From the NCBI RefSeq assembly GCF_022539665.2, contig NC_081331.1, positions 4,464,001-4,528,000 on the forward strand: 64,000 nt of DNA, written 5' to 3'. This DNA is from Daphnia carinata. Lineage: Eukaryota. Numbering within the stretch: the first letter of the stretch is position 1; each line of letters starts with the position of its first letter. The position numbers were made by a program, and so were the translations under genes. Below the pieces are notes generated by a model that was given only the letters and a program-made list of their open reading frames with translations, was not told the origin of the DNA and searched no databases. Positions 26,877-41,034 of the stretch are shown here, piece by piece.

Positions 26877-28422
26877 GTTGGCTTGCGCGTTGGTGAGTGA
26901 AGATGCTTTCTCGAACGAAGCGAAGATGTTATTTGAACAACTGATGGTACTTGACACCTTAATATAGCCACGAGTGAAGGTCTGCTGCGTTGTTCTTCTT
27001 CAAATTATGCTCTTTTATGTTGCTTTGGCGGATAGGTGCAACTCCAACTATGGTCGAATATCAAACATGAGGTCATCAGTCTTTGTATGCGACTCGTTCT
27101 TATAAAACATTTATTCCTTTACCTCAACAGCAAACATTTCCAGTCAAACAAGTCACGTCGGCTGGCAAATTCTTGTCACAGAACAATGCTCCAGGCTATA
27201 ACCAAACCTTGATTGCAATATCTGAACTTTCAATTCTTCTACTAATTCAAAACGTTATTTGTATATATTGATTGTTATTCAAGAACGTCATACCCTTATT
27301 CGTAATTCGTTTCACATGGCTTCCGTAAATAAAAAGTCTTGGCATCACTTGTACAGGCCAACTGATGAAAATATTCTGCGTCGTCAGGTTGCAATGAAAC
27401 CCGAAATTTGGTTGAGGCTAATATAAAATGAAAAGTCGTAATGAATAATTAATGTTTCTTAACGTTATTCCATTAAAGGAATATTTTCAAACTTGACGAA
27501 AACCCATGGTTTCATGATTCGATTCTTTCTACGTGAAGCGAGGTGGTTGCTCCCTTATACGCGGCACGCAAATTTTGCGTGCGAGCCTCTGTTTCGATAA
27601 ACCTATGCTTATCGTACTGAAAGCACAACGTTATTTAAAACTTGTTTTTTTTTTTTTTTTGTAATATGGTTGGTCGTCATTTCCTTGGCCGTGAAATGGA
27701 TGACGTATGACACAGCCAAAAGACGGATGGAATGTTTGTTTCGTATACCTGTCTGATGAACAATTGCAGTATTTCTCAGCAATGCAAAACAGTTTTTCGG
27801 GCTCCAAATTTAATCCAAACGATGCATACAACTGGCAATCATAAAAAAAATCCAATTATTACATGTATAATTCACGGTCACAGTGTAAAATATATACTCA
27901 TACACATCAATCATTCACACACCTTGCATTTATATACAAGTGGAATCCGCGTTGGCGTAGGAAAAAACTTTCGCACTGACGGGATTTTAAAAAAAATAGC
28001 ATAAATGGAATTCGAGAAAAAAAACTTTTGCATAAGGAACCTGGATATAAAAAGGGCTCTTGTTGCTGCGAAACGCTGGTTCAATCTGTTATACACGGAA
28101 CTACGGCGTAAGTTTTCTGTTCGAGAAAATAAAAGTTAAAATATGATAACGTTAAAGAGAGGGAAACCAGGTTTGAGTCAAAAGTCACAAACTAGAGGAT
28201 AGTTTACAGATTTACTACCCAACTAGTCTTAATTTCTTATCGAGTTTTACTCGTTGTGATATTTATAAGTTTACATTTCCAGGTCCAAGGAAATGGAATG
28301 CTGTATATACAAAATGGAAATAAATGGAACTAGTCTATTTGTGATACTTACCGAAAAAAAGCAACCATCTGGAACGTAAAATTTTGTTTACCTCATTGCC
28401 GTTCATCATAGCCAGAGCGCAA

Positions 28423-31400
28423 TCAAACGCAGCATACGTTCTTAGTCTCCGTGTAGACCATTGAAATAAGATTTGGCAGCATTAATTTCTCCTGGTTAGT
28501 GAACTAACCGGGAGAATGCGTTTTAATTTAATATTAATTTAAATACATTTTCTCGTTATGAAATATTTTTATGGCATGCAACGCATATGAAAAAATTTTA
28601 ATAGAAAATAATTATTTTACGTTTTTAAAACCTTCCAGCTCAGATAGTGCAGACTTGCAGATTTGCTGACATTCATAACTGTTGAATTCGAAGGTGTCCG
28701 CACGGCGAAGTGCAGTGTTTAGTAACCACCTGGCGTCCAAGTTTGACTCAAAGTATTTGTATGTTTTGGTGGCACCCAATCTAGCGATGACGATGCTGAT
28801 GAATAAGCAGAAAAAATATTTGAAATTTGAAATTACATTTTTCACCCGACAAAATTCCTACCCGACAAGAATGCCACCTGCTATTATGACCATGTCTGAA
28901 GTTTCGTCGTTGATGATGTCCCCCATGAACTTTGAAACACTCTTGAGGCACTCTTGCATTAATTTAAAGCGGGAGGAATATTCCGGTTCTAGATTTTTTT
29001 CAGGTTGCCCGAACTCTCTGTCAACACAGGTGTAGCTAAAAAGGACGGTGTAAAGTTTTAACATATTCTCCTGGATCTCTTCATGGTCGGTATGCTGAAT
29101 AGTAAATAAGATAAGTTAGTTTTCGGCAAGTCGAACACCGACTATTTTAAATGATTCACACATAAAAAAAGCCAAAATTAAAATAAGCTTACGTTTTTTA
29201 CAGTGGTGTTTGCAATATACTGAAGCTGTTTCAATGTACGAGCTATGTATGGCTGGAAATGTAACCCGCCTACAGAATTGGCCATATCCATCAACGTTGC
29301 TGTGCAATCCGAACACAACTTCGTATCTAAATCTTTTTGGTTTAGTAAATCGAATATTGTCGTCCAAAAATAATCCAAGTATGGTAAGGATTCAGTTCCA
29401 AGAACGCGAAAAAGATCGCCAATTAAGCCTATTATTAGAGGAAGAACGTCGGGCAACCCAACTGCTAATTTGAAGTAAGTTATCAATGACGGCAAGTGCG
29501 CTTTTAATTGTGTTGGACCCAATAGCGAAATTGCGCTAGAGGTTGCTAAAAAGATTTCTTCTTTGACCACTCCGGCTTCTAGCGCTGATAAAAGGCTAGA
29601 CATGAATTCATGGCGTAATTGGACTACATTCTCGTCCAGATCCAAGCGAGCTAGTGATCGCGATAACGCTCCACACGTGAAATCTTGTTCTCCTGTCCTA
29701 TCCTCCAACTATTGACAAATGAGAAGTCAAATTTTTACTTTACTGTAAAATATATAATGCTTACGTTTTGAAGTTTTCGCAATAAAATTTGGATAGTACT
29801 CTTGACGATGCTATAGCAATCATTGGGAGAACTAAGAAGTATGTCTGCCAGCGCTTGGTAGGCAGCAAATTGCAGGTGTTCACAGGACATTTCGCCACAT
29901 CTCAGAAGTTTTTCGGTAATTGTCTTGTAGTAACGAGACAAGGAAAACGTTATGGGGTTTTCCCCTTTTTTTTGCTGTGTCACAAAAAACAGGTTTAGAA
30001 GATTTGACAGTTCTCACAACAAAAGGGCGCTTCACCTCTAATGCTAGTTTATAAACAACTTTTACTAGCGAGGCTAAACTTCTACAAGCTGCAGCAGCAA
30101 TTTGTTCCTTGTTATCATCCAAATGTTCGAGCAAACCGTTGATTAATGGTCGGAGAGCTTTAGGAATCAAAGCAGGGCAAAGTTCAAAGATTCGACTCAT
30201 TACTACATGAGATCCATAACGAACTTTGGCACTATTTCTATCATTTGTCAATTCCCATATCTGTGCCATCAATGGTAAAAGTTTGTCATAAACTCTTTCT
30301 GAACCCATTTCTTCTATAATGGCATTAACCGCCCACAGTGCTGCATGACGTTGTCGCCAATCGGAATGCTATGGATATTTACATCGTTACAGTTAGAAGA
30401 AAACCAGTTTGATGAAATCTATTCTACCTTAATGCGGTTATTAACTTCTGGCATTATGTAGAGGTCAATGGTATTTGTACAGCATTGCGCAAGATACGTC
30501 AGGCACGAAAATGCTCCCTTGAACGGTGACCAGTCTTCCAGATCATCCATATCGTTGGGCAAATCTTGCCAAGCTACAAGGGCCTCCATCAGTATGGGAA
30601 CTAGCTACGGAGCAAATGGTTGGTAAAGTAATCAGAATATTTTAACCTTGACTTTGCTATGTTTGCCAATTATGGCATTTTACCTTAGGCAATGCCTTTT
30701 CTGTATATTGATGTGATTCTGGGACCACAAATGTAGGATCATAAACCCCAGAGGCCAAATTTAGCTCAATTTCTGCTACAGACGACCAAAATTCTATGCC
30801 TTGCAATGAGACATTCGAATCGGTTGACACAATGGCATTCAGCGTGATCTAGAAATTTAAAATGTTGCTTTAAAGAGTCCGTTGTTATTAGCACACGTGA
30901 ATTTTTGGCTGCAAAAGATACCATAGAAGAGCTTTATAACTTACAGGCACGACGGCTTGATCCATGTAATTCAACAAATGCTGATAGTAGAATAAAGCGA
31001 TTTTTACCAAAATTTCGAACGAAATTACAGATTCTTTCGCAATTTGCGATTGCGTTGCATCACATGTAACTTGCATAATTATGTTTCGACCTCCCTGCGA
31101 GGAAACAATGAATATAAAAAAGGAAATTTTATGTTAAGTGCTACCAACAAGATACCTCTGTCTCAAACTGTGGATGGATGCATTCTAAGGAGCTGAGCAG
31201 TGCACGGGCGGCAGCTAGACGAATCCTTTCTGCTGTTTTTTTATCCATCATGCAATTTAATACGGGAGTCAAAATAGAAGTGTAGTAGTTGCTGAGAACG
31301 TTCGGATTCTGAGGAAAACTAATAAAGGTTATCTTTTAAAAGAAGGCATTCATTAGATATAACGCACCACTTCCTGGCAAACGTAGTCCAATGCTTCTAG

Positions 31401-32175
31401 AGCTGCTTCTTTACAATGCTCACTAGCTGTTTGACCAATAATAAGGCTAGCCAAAACAGAAAGAAGTTCGCCCAAAGATGTAGTATCGGATGATGTTTGG
31501 GTTTCTGAAGACAAAAGTTCAGCTGCTCCAGTGTAAGCTAAACACTGCGCCGCACAGCTCGGATAGACGTTTTCTGTTCCCAAAGCTGAAATCAAACGTT
31601 CACGTATCGCTTTGCGAGTTTTAAGTGGGAGAGATAGCCATCGTCTTTGATACTCTTCCTTGAGAGACACGTTTCTGACGGTCAAACAATTTTTGAGTTG
31701 GAGACCAGCTGCTTGGCGAGCAACAGGCGAATTTTTCGAATCAGCAAGCACAATAGACATGTTAGAAATAAATTGCCCCTTTCAATACAAACCAAAAGCA
31801 ATAACAATAAACTGAAAATTCGACAAAACTTTTAAAATTCTAGAACTAACCACATTTTCTTGAGCACACTGTTCCAATACTAACTGGGCTTCTGCCAATA
31901 TTTTTCTATCTGTGAAATGTAGAAACACACATTTAAGAGAAAATTACAAGTAGTCTATGATTCAAGTTTTACTAATCACATGGGCAAAATCAACTCATTT
32001 CTGCAGTCAATATTACCCATATCAGTTAATTCATACACACTTACATATATATTTACTTAAAGTATGGTGGCACTTAAGACTGATCGAATGCATATAGGTC
32101 GACTGTGTTTGTTGACTTACCTGGAGAAATTGTTCTTTCCAAACATTGGATTAAGCAAGCCAAAGAAGCCACCAT
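28423..32175 (-). CDS. Diverged importin subunit beta-1-like HEAT protein (3' end uncertain, between 28423 and 28612)
   Basis: CLERTISP/DR, VARQAAGLQLKNCL..EYQRRWL, LGTENVYPSCAAQC, MQVTCDATQS, VSLQGIEFWSSVAEIE, DW.PFKGA..CL, DWRQRHAA: collinear with importin-beta/Ketel. Confidence 0.82.
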
Positions 32176-32560
32176 TTTTCAACCCAGTAAGCAGTAAAGT
32201 AATGTGACACTAGTGAGGTAGAGCAATGACTGTGATTATTAGGTGACTCATGCCTTGCAACAATTATGATTTCTTCTTTGTTTAATCGCTCTTGGCTGGA
32301 AATAGGCCTAAGTTGCCCCTTATTCCTTCACTGTACAAATATTCACGAAATATTCAAAATCATGTTCGTTCGTGTGTAGAACTTTTCTTGGTTGCCGCTA
32401 GGAGACCGGAATAGAAAGATGCTGTTTACTGTTTAGCTCGTTTTTTCTACACTCAAAAGTTGTGTTGTTTCTTGATTCCTGCATTTCGTGTTCATTTAGA
32501 AGATGTTAGTGTAGAAACGCTGGGTTTTTATGCGATAATTGAATTATTTTCACGCACGCC

Positions 32561-35500
32561 ATGGCTAATTCTCAATATGATCTCGACCTCTCTGGTGGAT
32601 TAATGCCTGTAAGTTACTTTATTCGGCTGTTGAGCTATGCTTGTCTATCGCATTTATGGTGTTTTCCTTTTGCAGCAAATACAAGCTCTGCTTGCCCCAC
32701 CTTTATTGGAAGACATTTCAAAAGAAAAACGGAAAGATGGTTTGGCATTACATCCCTACTACAGAAGACCAGGAAGAGGTCATAACCGAGATAGTTGTGA
32801 TGCCTGCAAAGAGGGAGGTGAACTCATTTGCTGTGACTCTTGCCCAGCTTCTTTTCACCTTCAATGCCAGTAATAGAAACACAAATTTCCATGATTGAAA
32901 TATAATTTTCCATTTCTTTAATCTTCCTGTAGTGATCCTCCATTGGAAGAGACTGATTTACCCAGAGGTCTATGGAACTGTCACAGTTGTCGTGTTAAGA
33001 AGGTACTAAAAAGGTTCTATTTACAGAAAGCCGAAATGAATTGGACTGTCATGTTTGTTTCAGGCTCAAGATGCTGCATATGCCCTTACTCATTCTATAG
33101 AGGTAGATGATGGGGCAGACTCTGATTCCAGCAAAAATGGAAAAAGATCAAACAATTCAACATCAAGTTCAACAATGCAGCTGTTATCTGCTGGGCAAGG
33201 AGTACCTGAGAAGATTGCAGGTCGCCGTCGAACAAACAATTCCGATGATGTGGATGTAGAAACTCCTGGAGTAAGCTCGGAAAAATCGAGTGATAGGGAG
33301 GAAGTCTTTGAAAATGCGGGAAAGGTTTCGTTTTTTGGTCCACTCATCAAAGTAGCAGCATCCATGAATCCACAACAGTTTGAGCTACCGCCTGAGCTTG
33401 TAGAACCTATCCCGTTCCCAGGTAAGTTTAAGCAGTACAATTTGTAAAAGAAATTTTTGGAAGGCCAAAGCATACATTCTGAGATTGGCAGATAATATTG
33501 TCACATATTCTTTTTTCAAGGTTCCAGCAAATCATGCACTTCAAAAAAGACAGGACCTGGGCTTAAAAAGAAGTCGCATGAACTTGATAACGGACTTGTG
33601 CCGTTACCTTTGCGAGCGTGCTTCTATTGCAGCAAGTAAGATTTGACCAAGTCCTAAATAGTATTAGTTTAGATGAAACTGTAACCTTAAAGTCGTATTC
33701 AAACGTCAGGAGTTGCCGCAAGGCGCCAATGGTCGCGTGTGACTTTTGCCCCCTGGTTTTCCATTTAGATTGTCTGGATCCTCCGCTTGTTTGCATGCCA
33801 GTTGGAAAGTGGATGTGCCCAAATCATCCTCAAAATATTGTAATACCTGTCATGTTATGTTATTTTCTTCGTGCCTTATTAACCATATCTTTTGTTATCT
33901 ATTTCTGATTAGGAGTATAAGTTGTTGCCGGATTCTCGACTTACTGAACGCGTCAAATTTTGGTCGTTTTTGCAGAAACCTATTGATCATGAAACTGTTA
34001 AAATTAATTTTCTGCGTAAAGTAAACCGAAAACATCCACCCTTTCGTCGGAAGGTACCTCTGCCAGGCCGACCTCGTATGAGAGTAAGACATAGAGATGT
34101 TGTTTTCTTCGAATTTATTCCTTAACGTAACGTATTACAGGTGCCATTGATAATCAAGAATCAGTACAAGCATCCTCCTCTGCTTCCCGCTCGTCTGACA
34201 GGGACGCAACCATTCCATTGGTCGCCCGTTCTTCCTGAAACACGAAGGGTAGGCAACTCTATTGTTGGTTTATCGCGTAAGATTGGTACCGTAATAACTC
34301 ACTTTTGCTTTGAATTTAAGAGTTTGAAGCCTTTCGGAAGGGATGAATCAAGTGACGAGGAAGATAAAAATGAAGAACAACCCCAGCCTCATGAAGAGGC
34401 TCACCAAATAGCAGCAGAATGTAAGAAAATGCTTTCGAACGAAGGCGAAGCCATGGAAGAAGCTGATACTGTGTTACCTGAACGAAAAAATAAAGAATCG
34501 GTTGAAGGGTCCAATTCGTGAGTGTTAAGTTGAAACCGCAAGAAAGTGAGTTCAGTTCTTTTCATCTGTGTTATTTCACGCAGTTCTGTGTGGAGTGGAT
34601 TGTTTGCTGAAGAATTCAAACAGATTGAGAAAGATGTAACAAATTACCTGGGCACCCTGAGACGCGGAATGAAAGAAAGTCATTTGAAGGTCTTCATGGA
34701 GCAATTGTCAAGTAATTTACCTATATTTGTTTTCATTAAAAAACAAGTAGGATTAACGTTTAATTGTGCAATCTAGATGACTTATTGAAAGCCATGGATC
34801 AAGAAACGTTGCGAACCCTTGCCATGCAAAGAGTGCAGCAGCTAATCCTTAACCCAGAGTCGCGGTCGCTGACGGTGTTTCCTCTTCCTGGAATGTTGTC
34901 TTCTGTTAGCAACTCACAGAGTACAACCATTCCACAGCCTTGGCTTCATTCGAGCAGTGCTTCCGACAGTGGTAATAGCACTATTCTTTTTATTCAACCA
35001 ATTGGAACCCAATCATTAAACCTCTTCTGTTATCGAGTAGACAGTAGCCAAGCACAAGCAAATGTTTTCCCAACACAGCCGAGAGCGTTCCTCTGTCCCC
35101 TTAGTTCAGCATACCCGCCAGCTCCCATCTACTATCGCCGACTTACTATCGGCACTGGTATTGATCTTGTTTCTTTTACCACGTTTATCCTCAATGAATG
35201 TATTGTCTGTTTAAGGTGCCGACATGGATTTAAGCTTATCTTCCTATGGCACGTGCAAATATGTTTCCGGACATCACGCCACCGTGTTCTATGACGAGGT
35301 ATGGTAATTACAGCACAATAGTCTATTTTGGATCTTAACGTGCCTTTGTTATTCTTAACTGTGGAACAGATGTCGAGGCATTTCGAGCTACTCAATTACA
35401 GCGAACACGGGACAGTTGTTGATAACGTCGTATATTGCTGCGATCTAGATATTGATGTAACCGCTAAATCGGAGGCGGACAGTGCCAAAGAAAAGGAAAG

Positions 35501-35815
35501 GAATCAATCATTCCAAGGCTTAGATGACATAACGAGACGTTGTGATAAAATGACCACTTCACTTACGGAATCAAATGAAGTAATTTTGTTAAAGTTTATC
35601 GCCTCTTAACATGAAAATTGATTTGTGGTTTTGTGTGATAGACTTCTCATTGCGGTTGCCGTATCGATGTCAGCTCTCTTAGCTCAGCAGGCAAAAATGG
35701 AGGATGGGAAGGGACTGGTCTACTCACACATGGCTCTCACATTAAGTTCGGATGCATGCAGTTCATTTTGTGCATAAGCAACACCAACGAGAAACCTCGT
35801 TTTATTCATCATTAA
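32561..35815 (+). CDS. PHF12: PHD finger protein 12-like (two PHD fingers plus C-terminal FHA-like domain)
   Basis: [50 protein letters not shown], second [57 protein letters not shown]. Confidence 0.92.
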
Positions 35816-36176
35816 AAATTCTAGGGTACATTATCATATTTGCCTCATTATGTCCCGCAGTTATTTTGTTTGTTTTTCGTTCAAATAAAATGTGTCAAGC
35901 CGTGAAACGAGAATCAGACCGCAGACCATTCGTTTGAAAATTTACGTTCACGCTGCAAAAGTTCTTTCATTTTTTTACCAAAACTACCTGTCATTTGTTC
36001 ATTCATAAATCTCAAAGTCAAATGTTACGATTTGGAGCCAACTCTAATTATCAACTACATAGGCACGCGTAAGATAATGGCAAGTATAGGTACGTTAACG
36101 TCACGATAATGTTTGCATACATGTTGAGGAACATTAAAAGAGGAGAAATCTAGCAGTGTGTGATTGAATGTGTTTT

Positions 36177-38149
36177 TCATCTGTCGAGGATCTTGCACAA
36201 AAGGCCATTATTGCCGCCGACGAAGATGTGGCCACTGCTAGAGGGGTCGGGCCGGATGCAATTGACTGCCTGACCCAATTCGACTACAGACAGAGGGGTG
36301 AAAGTCTCGAGGTCGTAACTGCGAACCGTGTTGTCCCATCCGCCCGAATACAGGTGAGTCTTCTTTGGCTGTTGGCTGTACGCCAAAGCGTTGATCATGC
36401 GGTCTTGACCCTGTTGTTTGTTACAAGTACAGCAGTGAAAGAGAGAAAGAAGAAAAACAAGTTGTAAGCAAAAGAGAAAAACTAGCATTGAAAAATTGAA
36501 CAAAACATGCAAGACGAAATTTCAAGGGCGTGTTGGAAAGTAAACGAACAACTTTAGGAGCTTCAATAGCTCTTTCTGTTTTCCAACATCTTAATTTTCT
36601 GACATTAAACTTATTGCTCTGTAAGATAATTTCTTTCCCCCTGCCCATTTTAAATTTCGAATGGCGTAACGTTTGGCGGCTGTTGTGGCTCACGTGGTGG
36701 GTCTGTCGTACACAAAATGCGCCGGAGTAAACCGGCTGAGTGCTTCGCGTACATCAATGAACTTGAGCTCTTCATCCATTGCGATGAAATTATGGACTTT
36801 CCTTTGTTGTATCTACTTCTTCTAAAAACACCTGACTCGAAGGGAAATGTTGAGAACGGCAACTTGATTCTTTTTTCCCCTCTAACCGCCAACTGTTATC
36901 TCTCTTTCTCTGCCCATCTAATCAGTGACCTCAATCCTCGACCTTTTGCCTCGTGTTACCTGTTGCTGCCGCCTCTGCCGACGTGTAGACCTATTCATTT
37001 CTCTTTTTTTCTTATTTTCAGGCCTCTTATTCTTTGACTTTTCAAGTTCACTGACATTTGTTACAACGAAGACGCGAACACGGACACTCATTCGCCGCGT
37101 CGAAATTTTCCCAGGAAATGACCGCTTCTCCTGATTGGGATTGCCGCAGGTAGATCTAGGAGAAAGTGTCCATTTCGAATTCTTCGTGTAATATAACACG
37201 TCGCTCGAGACGAACCCCAAGCGCCCCACTGACCCCTCTCATTTTTCTTTCTTCTTTTTTGTTCCGTTTTCTTACGTCTTACAGGGAGAAGACAAAGACA
37301 AATGCTTTAATTAGACTGTGGGATTTCTACCCACCTTGATGATACCAATTCGCTTAAATTGGAGTTTATCATCTTCCATGATGTGGATATCCATTCCGTC
37401 TCGGCTAAGTACGGCGATGCTGCCGTCCAGCCGACACATTGGACCACGAGCTTCCAACGTTTTGGTAGTAGTCAATTTGTGGCCATGCTCCGTTTTGTGG
37501 ATCTTTTGGACGATGAGGTCTCGGTCACGGATAGAATAGAGATGATCGTCGGCAAGGTCAAAGTCCCAGACTTCTTCACCTGTTTCGTACAGGTGAATTA
37601 ACGTGTCACCTTGCCACACGAGAACCTGCAGGTAGGTGATGATAAACGTCATTCAAATTTGTTCTGACGTCTTTCTCTTCATATTTTCATCGATTACAGG
37701 GTTAAAAAAAAAAGGAAACATTCCTTTGAAATTATACCTTGCCTTCGGTGTCGCCTGAAACGACCAAGTCCCCTACTACACGTATCTTGGCTACGCTTCC
37801 TTGATGCTCGTTTAACTCCCTGATAACAGTGGCCGTCTCGATATCCCAGACAACAATATTACCACCAGACGTACCAGCATAAAGTTGGTTGCCCTTAACG
37901 GCGATGCAGCAGATGGGGCACTGTTTAGCATCCAATTCGCCCACCGCTTTCAAATCTTCCTTGTTCCATACCTAGAATGATTCATCTTTAAAAAACGAGT
38001 TTGTTTTAAATGAAATGGTTGAGGCATATTACCATGACATTTCCACTTTCGCTCGATGTGAACAAACGATCGTTTGTGACGCCGATAAATTCAATATCGC
38101 ATTTTGGTCGTTCGGAATCGCCCACCATTTTCGCAATTTCTAGTGGCAT
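36177..38149 (-). CDS. WD40-repeat beta-propeller protein, 4 exons
   Basis: MPLEIAKMVG..., LYAGTSGGNIVVWD, EHQGSV..VVSGDTEGKVLVW, HLYSGGWDNTVRSYD; GT-AG junctions join the ORF pieces. Confidence 0.8.
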
Positions 38150-39332
38150 TTTGATTTCCTTGAAGATTAAAACACGAAAAGATGTTCAAGTAAATTGTTT
38201 CCTCTAAGTGAGTGGTAGCTCTGATCACTGTTGACTATTTTCAAAGTGACTTGCGTTCGGCTTTATACGTGACGTTCAGTCTGTTGGCCCTGTTCCCTTG
38301 CTGCTAAATTTGTGATGGTACTAGAAAAGAAACAACCTAAAAATAGCATTCATTTTCTTTCTCGAAGCTTCTCCCTTTTTCCTTGTGTACGTGCGTGAAT
38401 GAGTGATGCGCAGAGGCCGGCAAACATAGCCTTTACGGTAAGTTCTAGTAACTACGTTTCATTTAATGACTGGTTCGAAATGGCAGACAGCATTTCCGTT
38501 TATAGAGGAAAACTTTCTCCGATCCCGACAAGACTAGTTCATGGTTGTGACTGAGGAAGCGTTCATTGAAACGCCAGACACGATAAAAAAACAAAAACTG
38601 CTGCGCGTTTAACAAAAGCCTCCGAGTGTCGTTGCTGCGCACGGGTGGTCGTGTCGGTAAAATGCGTTTAAATTAATTTTAATTGCCGTTAGCTGTCGGC
38701 TTACGTTATTATTCTGAACACTAAAAACAACACACATTGTGTAGTTGATGGTTTGTTGTTTTTTGTTTTATCTGTATTCATCAGGTGGTATGAAAATGTT
38801 TTCCAAAAAGACAAAAGAGAAAGTGATGACAAAATCAAAAAGCTCGCGTCACAACGAGATCTATGATTAGCCGGCACGATGAAACATACTCAAACAAACA
38901 AATCAATCGGGTTAAAATGTAATAATACTCTTGGCTTCTTCTTTTCCTTTTCTTTCCAATTGATGGGCTATAAATGATGATGATGTTGTTGGCTGATTTG
39001 GGATCCGTAACAAATAAGAAAATTGAAGTAAAAGCGGGAAGCAATGATTGGAATAGGATGGAGTATTACACACTACTACTACAACAAAATATATTCATCT
39101 TTTACAGAATGACATTCTCTCTCTCATATTGTGTACGGGGGGAAAAAAATGTCGTCGTCTCTACCGGGAGAAACGCTTGTGAGCTGTACATTGAAGAGAT
39201 AAAAATAAAAGAACCACAAACTCGTTCACCTTCGTACTTTAACTTCCTGTGTTTAAAAAAATAGGGAAGAAAAATGTGTGAGAAAGCATTTCAACCGAAA
39301 ATGAGAAACACATTTTTAGTTGCTATAATTAC

Positions 39333-40911
39333 CTAACCGGAATAACCGGAAGCCGGTGGCGAGTAGACGGGAGCTGGTGGCGAGTAGATCGGAGCGTAGC
39401 TCGGCTCGTGGTGTTTATGCTTCTCCTCTTTCTCTGGTTTCAAAGCTTTCAGAGACTCACCGATTCCTACCAATTTCTCGCCCTTCTGTTGGTAGTGTTG
39501 AGCTTTCTTCAACATCATTTTGCCCTTGGCCGCCAGGATGGAGCCCTTCATGTAACCGAGATGACCGATGATTTTGCTCTTGAACTCCTCGAGTTTGGCT
39601 TTCAGATCCGGCTGAGTAATACACCGATTCGGTGGAAAAGAAAGTAACGAAATGTTAGGACAAGAGTTCAACGATCTAGCCGGAAATGTTTGCTGGCCTT
39701 AGGTTACAATCACATTAGCAGTCACGATACATTCAGGTAATAAAAAGAGGAGTCAGTCGGGCACTAGGTCGAAAACAAAATCAGAAAAAAATAACTACGA
39801 TTGATTGATAAACGTATCACATAAGGGTCGTCGACGTGACATTAGCAAACATAAATTCCCAGCCTCTCTTTTTCCCAACATCCTGCTGTTCCTTTTCGTC
39901 ATTCGCTTTCTTTGTTCAACTTCCGAAACTGCTTGATCGCATACCAAGTAGGCCTCCACACGGGTGTGACCCGTCGTCACGAGCGAGCATCACAGATAGA
40001 CCATCTCTTTTCAACGTTCCCTACATGTACGCATGTCTCTTTGTCTGTTTAAGGGTGTAGACCAAAGAATATGGTTCTTTTTTAAGGGATTCTTCTAAAG
40101 GAACTAAAAATCGTATAAAATTTCTCTTTTTTTTTTTGCTTCTAGCCATTTCCTACCACACTGTCTGCGTGTGTTGCATAGGTTAAGTTAAGAGCTTCGA
40201 CCTATGCAACAGTTTTTTACTTTCCAATCGGCCAATGAGATCAGCCGTCTTTTAACATAGGCATCGGACGATGAATAAGAAACAGAATATAAATTATTTT
40301 TAAATTGCTAATTAAATAGATGGAGGAATAGATTGCCCTGAATGTTCGCTTTCCTTGTCCCTATCAATTATTGAACGGTGAAAGTTGCCAGCGATGGATA
40401 GAGTTAAAAAAGATCGGTTACGATGAGACGACAGTGCTTTTCTACACTAAGTTTGTTTTAAAAGAAGAGTCTGTCTAACTCATTACGCTTTAAATGAATA
40501 GATTTTTATGGGCTAAGCCAATGAAATAATAATGAATTGCACGTACCTTGTCATCCTCTTCGTAATAGACGGGAGCGCCGTAGTTTGATGCAACATAAGT
40601 GGATACTGGAGCAGCTCCATAAGTGGGTGCTGGAGGTACGGCTCCATAGCTTGATGCCGGTGGAGCGCCATAGCTGCTTCCGCCCTTGTGGCCCAAGTCG
40701 CGTCGGACCAGACCGCAATGAATGCCCGCCACCAAACCGATCAAGCACAGCAATCTTAAGCTCTGCATTAAATAGAAAAGTTGTTTAAGATTGTTAGTTA
40801 TCACGCTGAATTGGCAGAGCACGCCAGAATCTATGAATGAATCCAATGCGTTTTGCATCTCACTACGGATTTTGAATACATTTAGGAAAAAAAATAATAT
40901 CTTACCATCAT
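39333..40911 (-). CDS. Small secreted Tyr/Gly/Ala/Pro-rich protein (SYGAPP / YSPPA repeats; cuticle or extracellular type), 3 exons
   Basis: MM|QSLRLLCLIGLVAGIHC signal peptide, VRR dibasic site, SYGAPP repeats, Lys-rich helix, YAPIYSPPAPVYSPPA tail. Confidence 0.8.
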
Positions 40912-41026
40912 TTTTTTTTAAATAAACGTTTTGATCTGAATCACTCCCTATCAGAGACTATAGAGGCGTTCAACGTCTTTTTTGGTTGGTAAAACTCGAA
41001 TGTTTGAAAACGAGAATCACTCGCCC

Positions 41027-41034
41027 TTTATATA
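41027..41034 (-). promoter_or_regulatory. TATA box (TATATAAA) of the YGAP-repeat gene
   Basis: TATATAAA on the minus strand ~115 bp upstream of the ATG. Confidence 0.55.
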
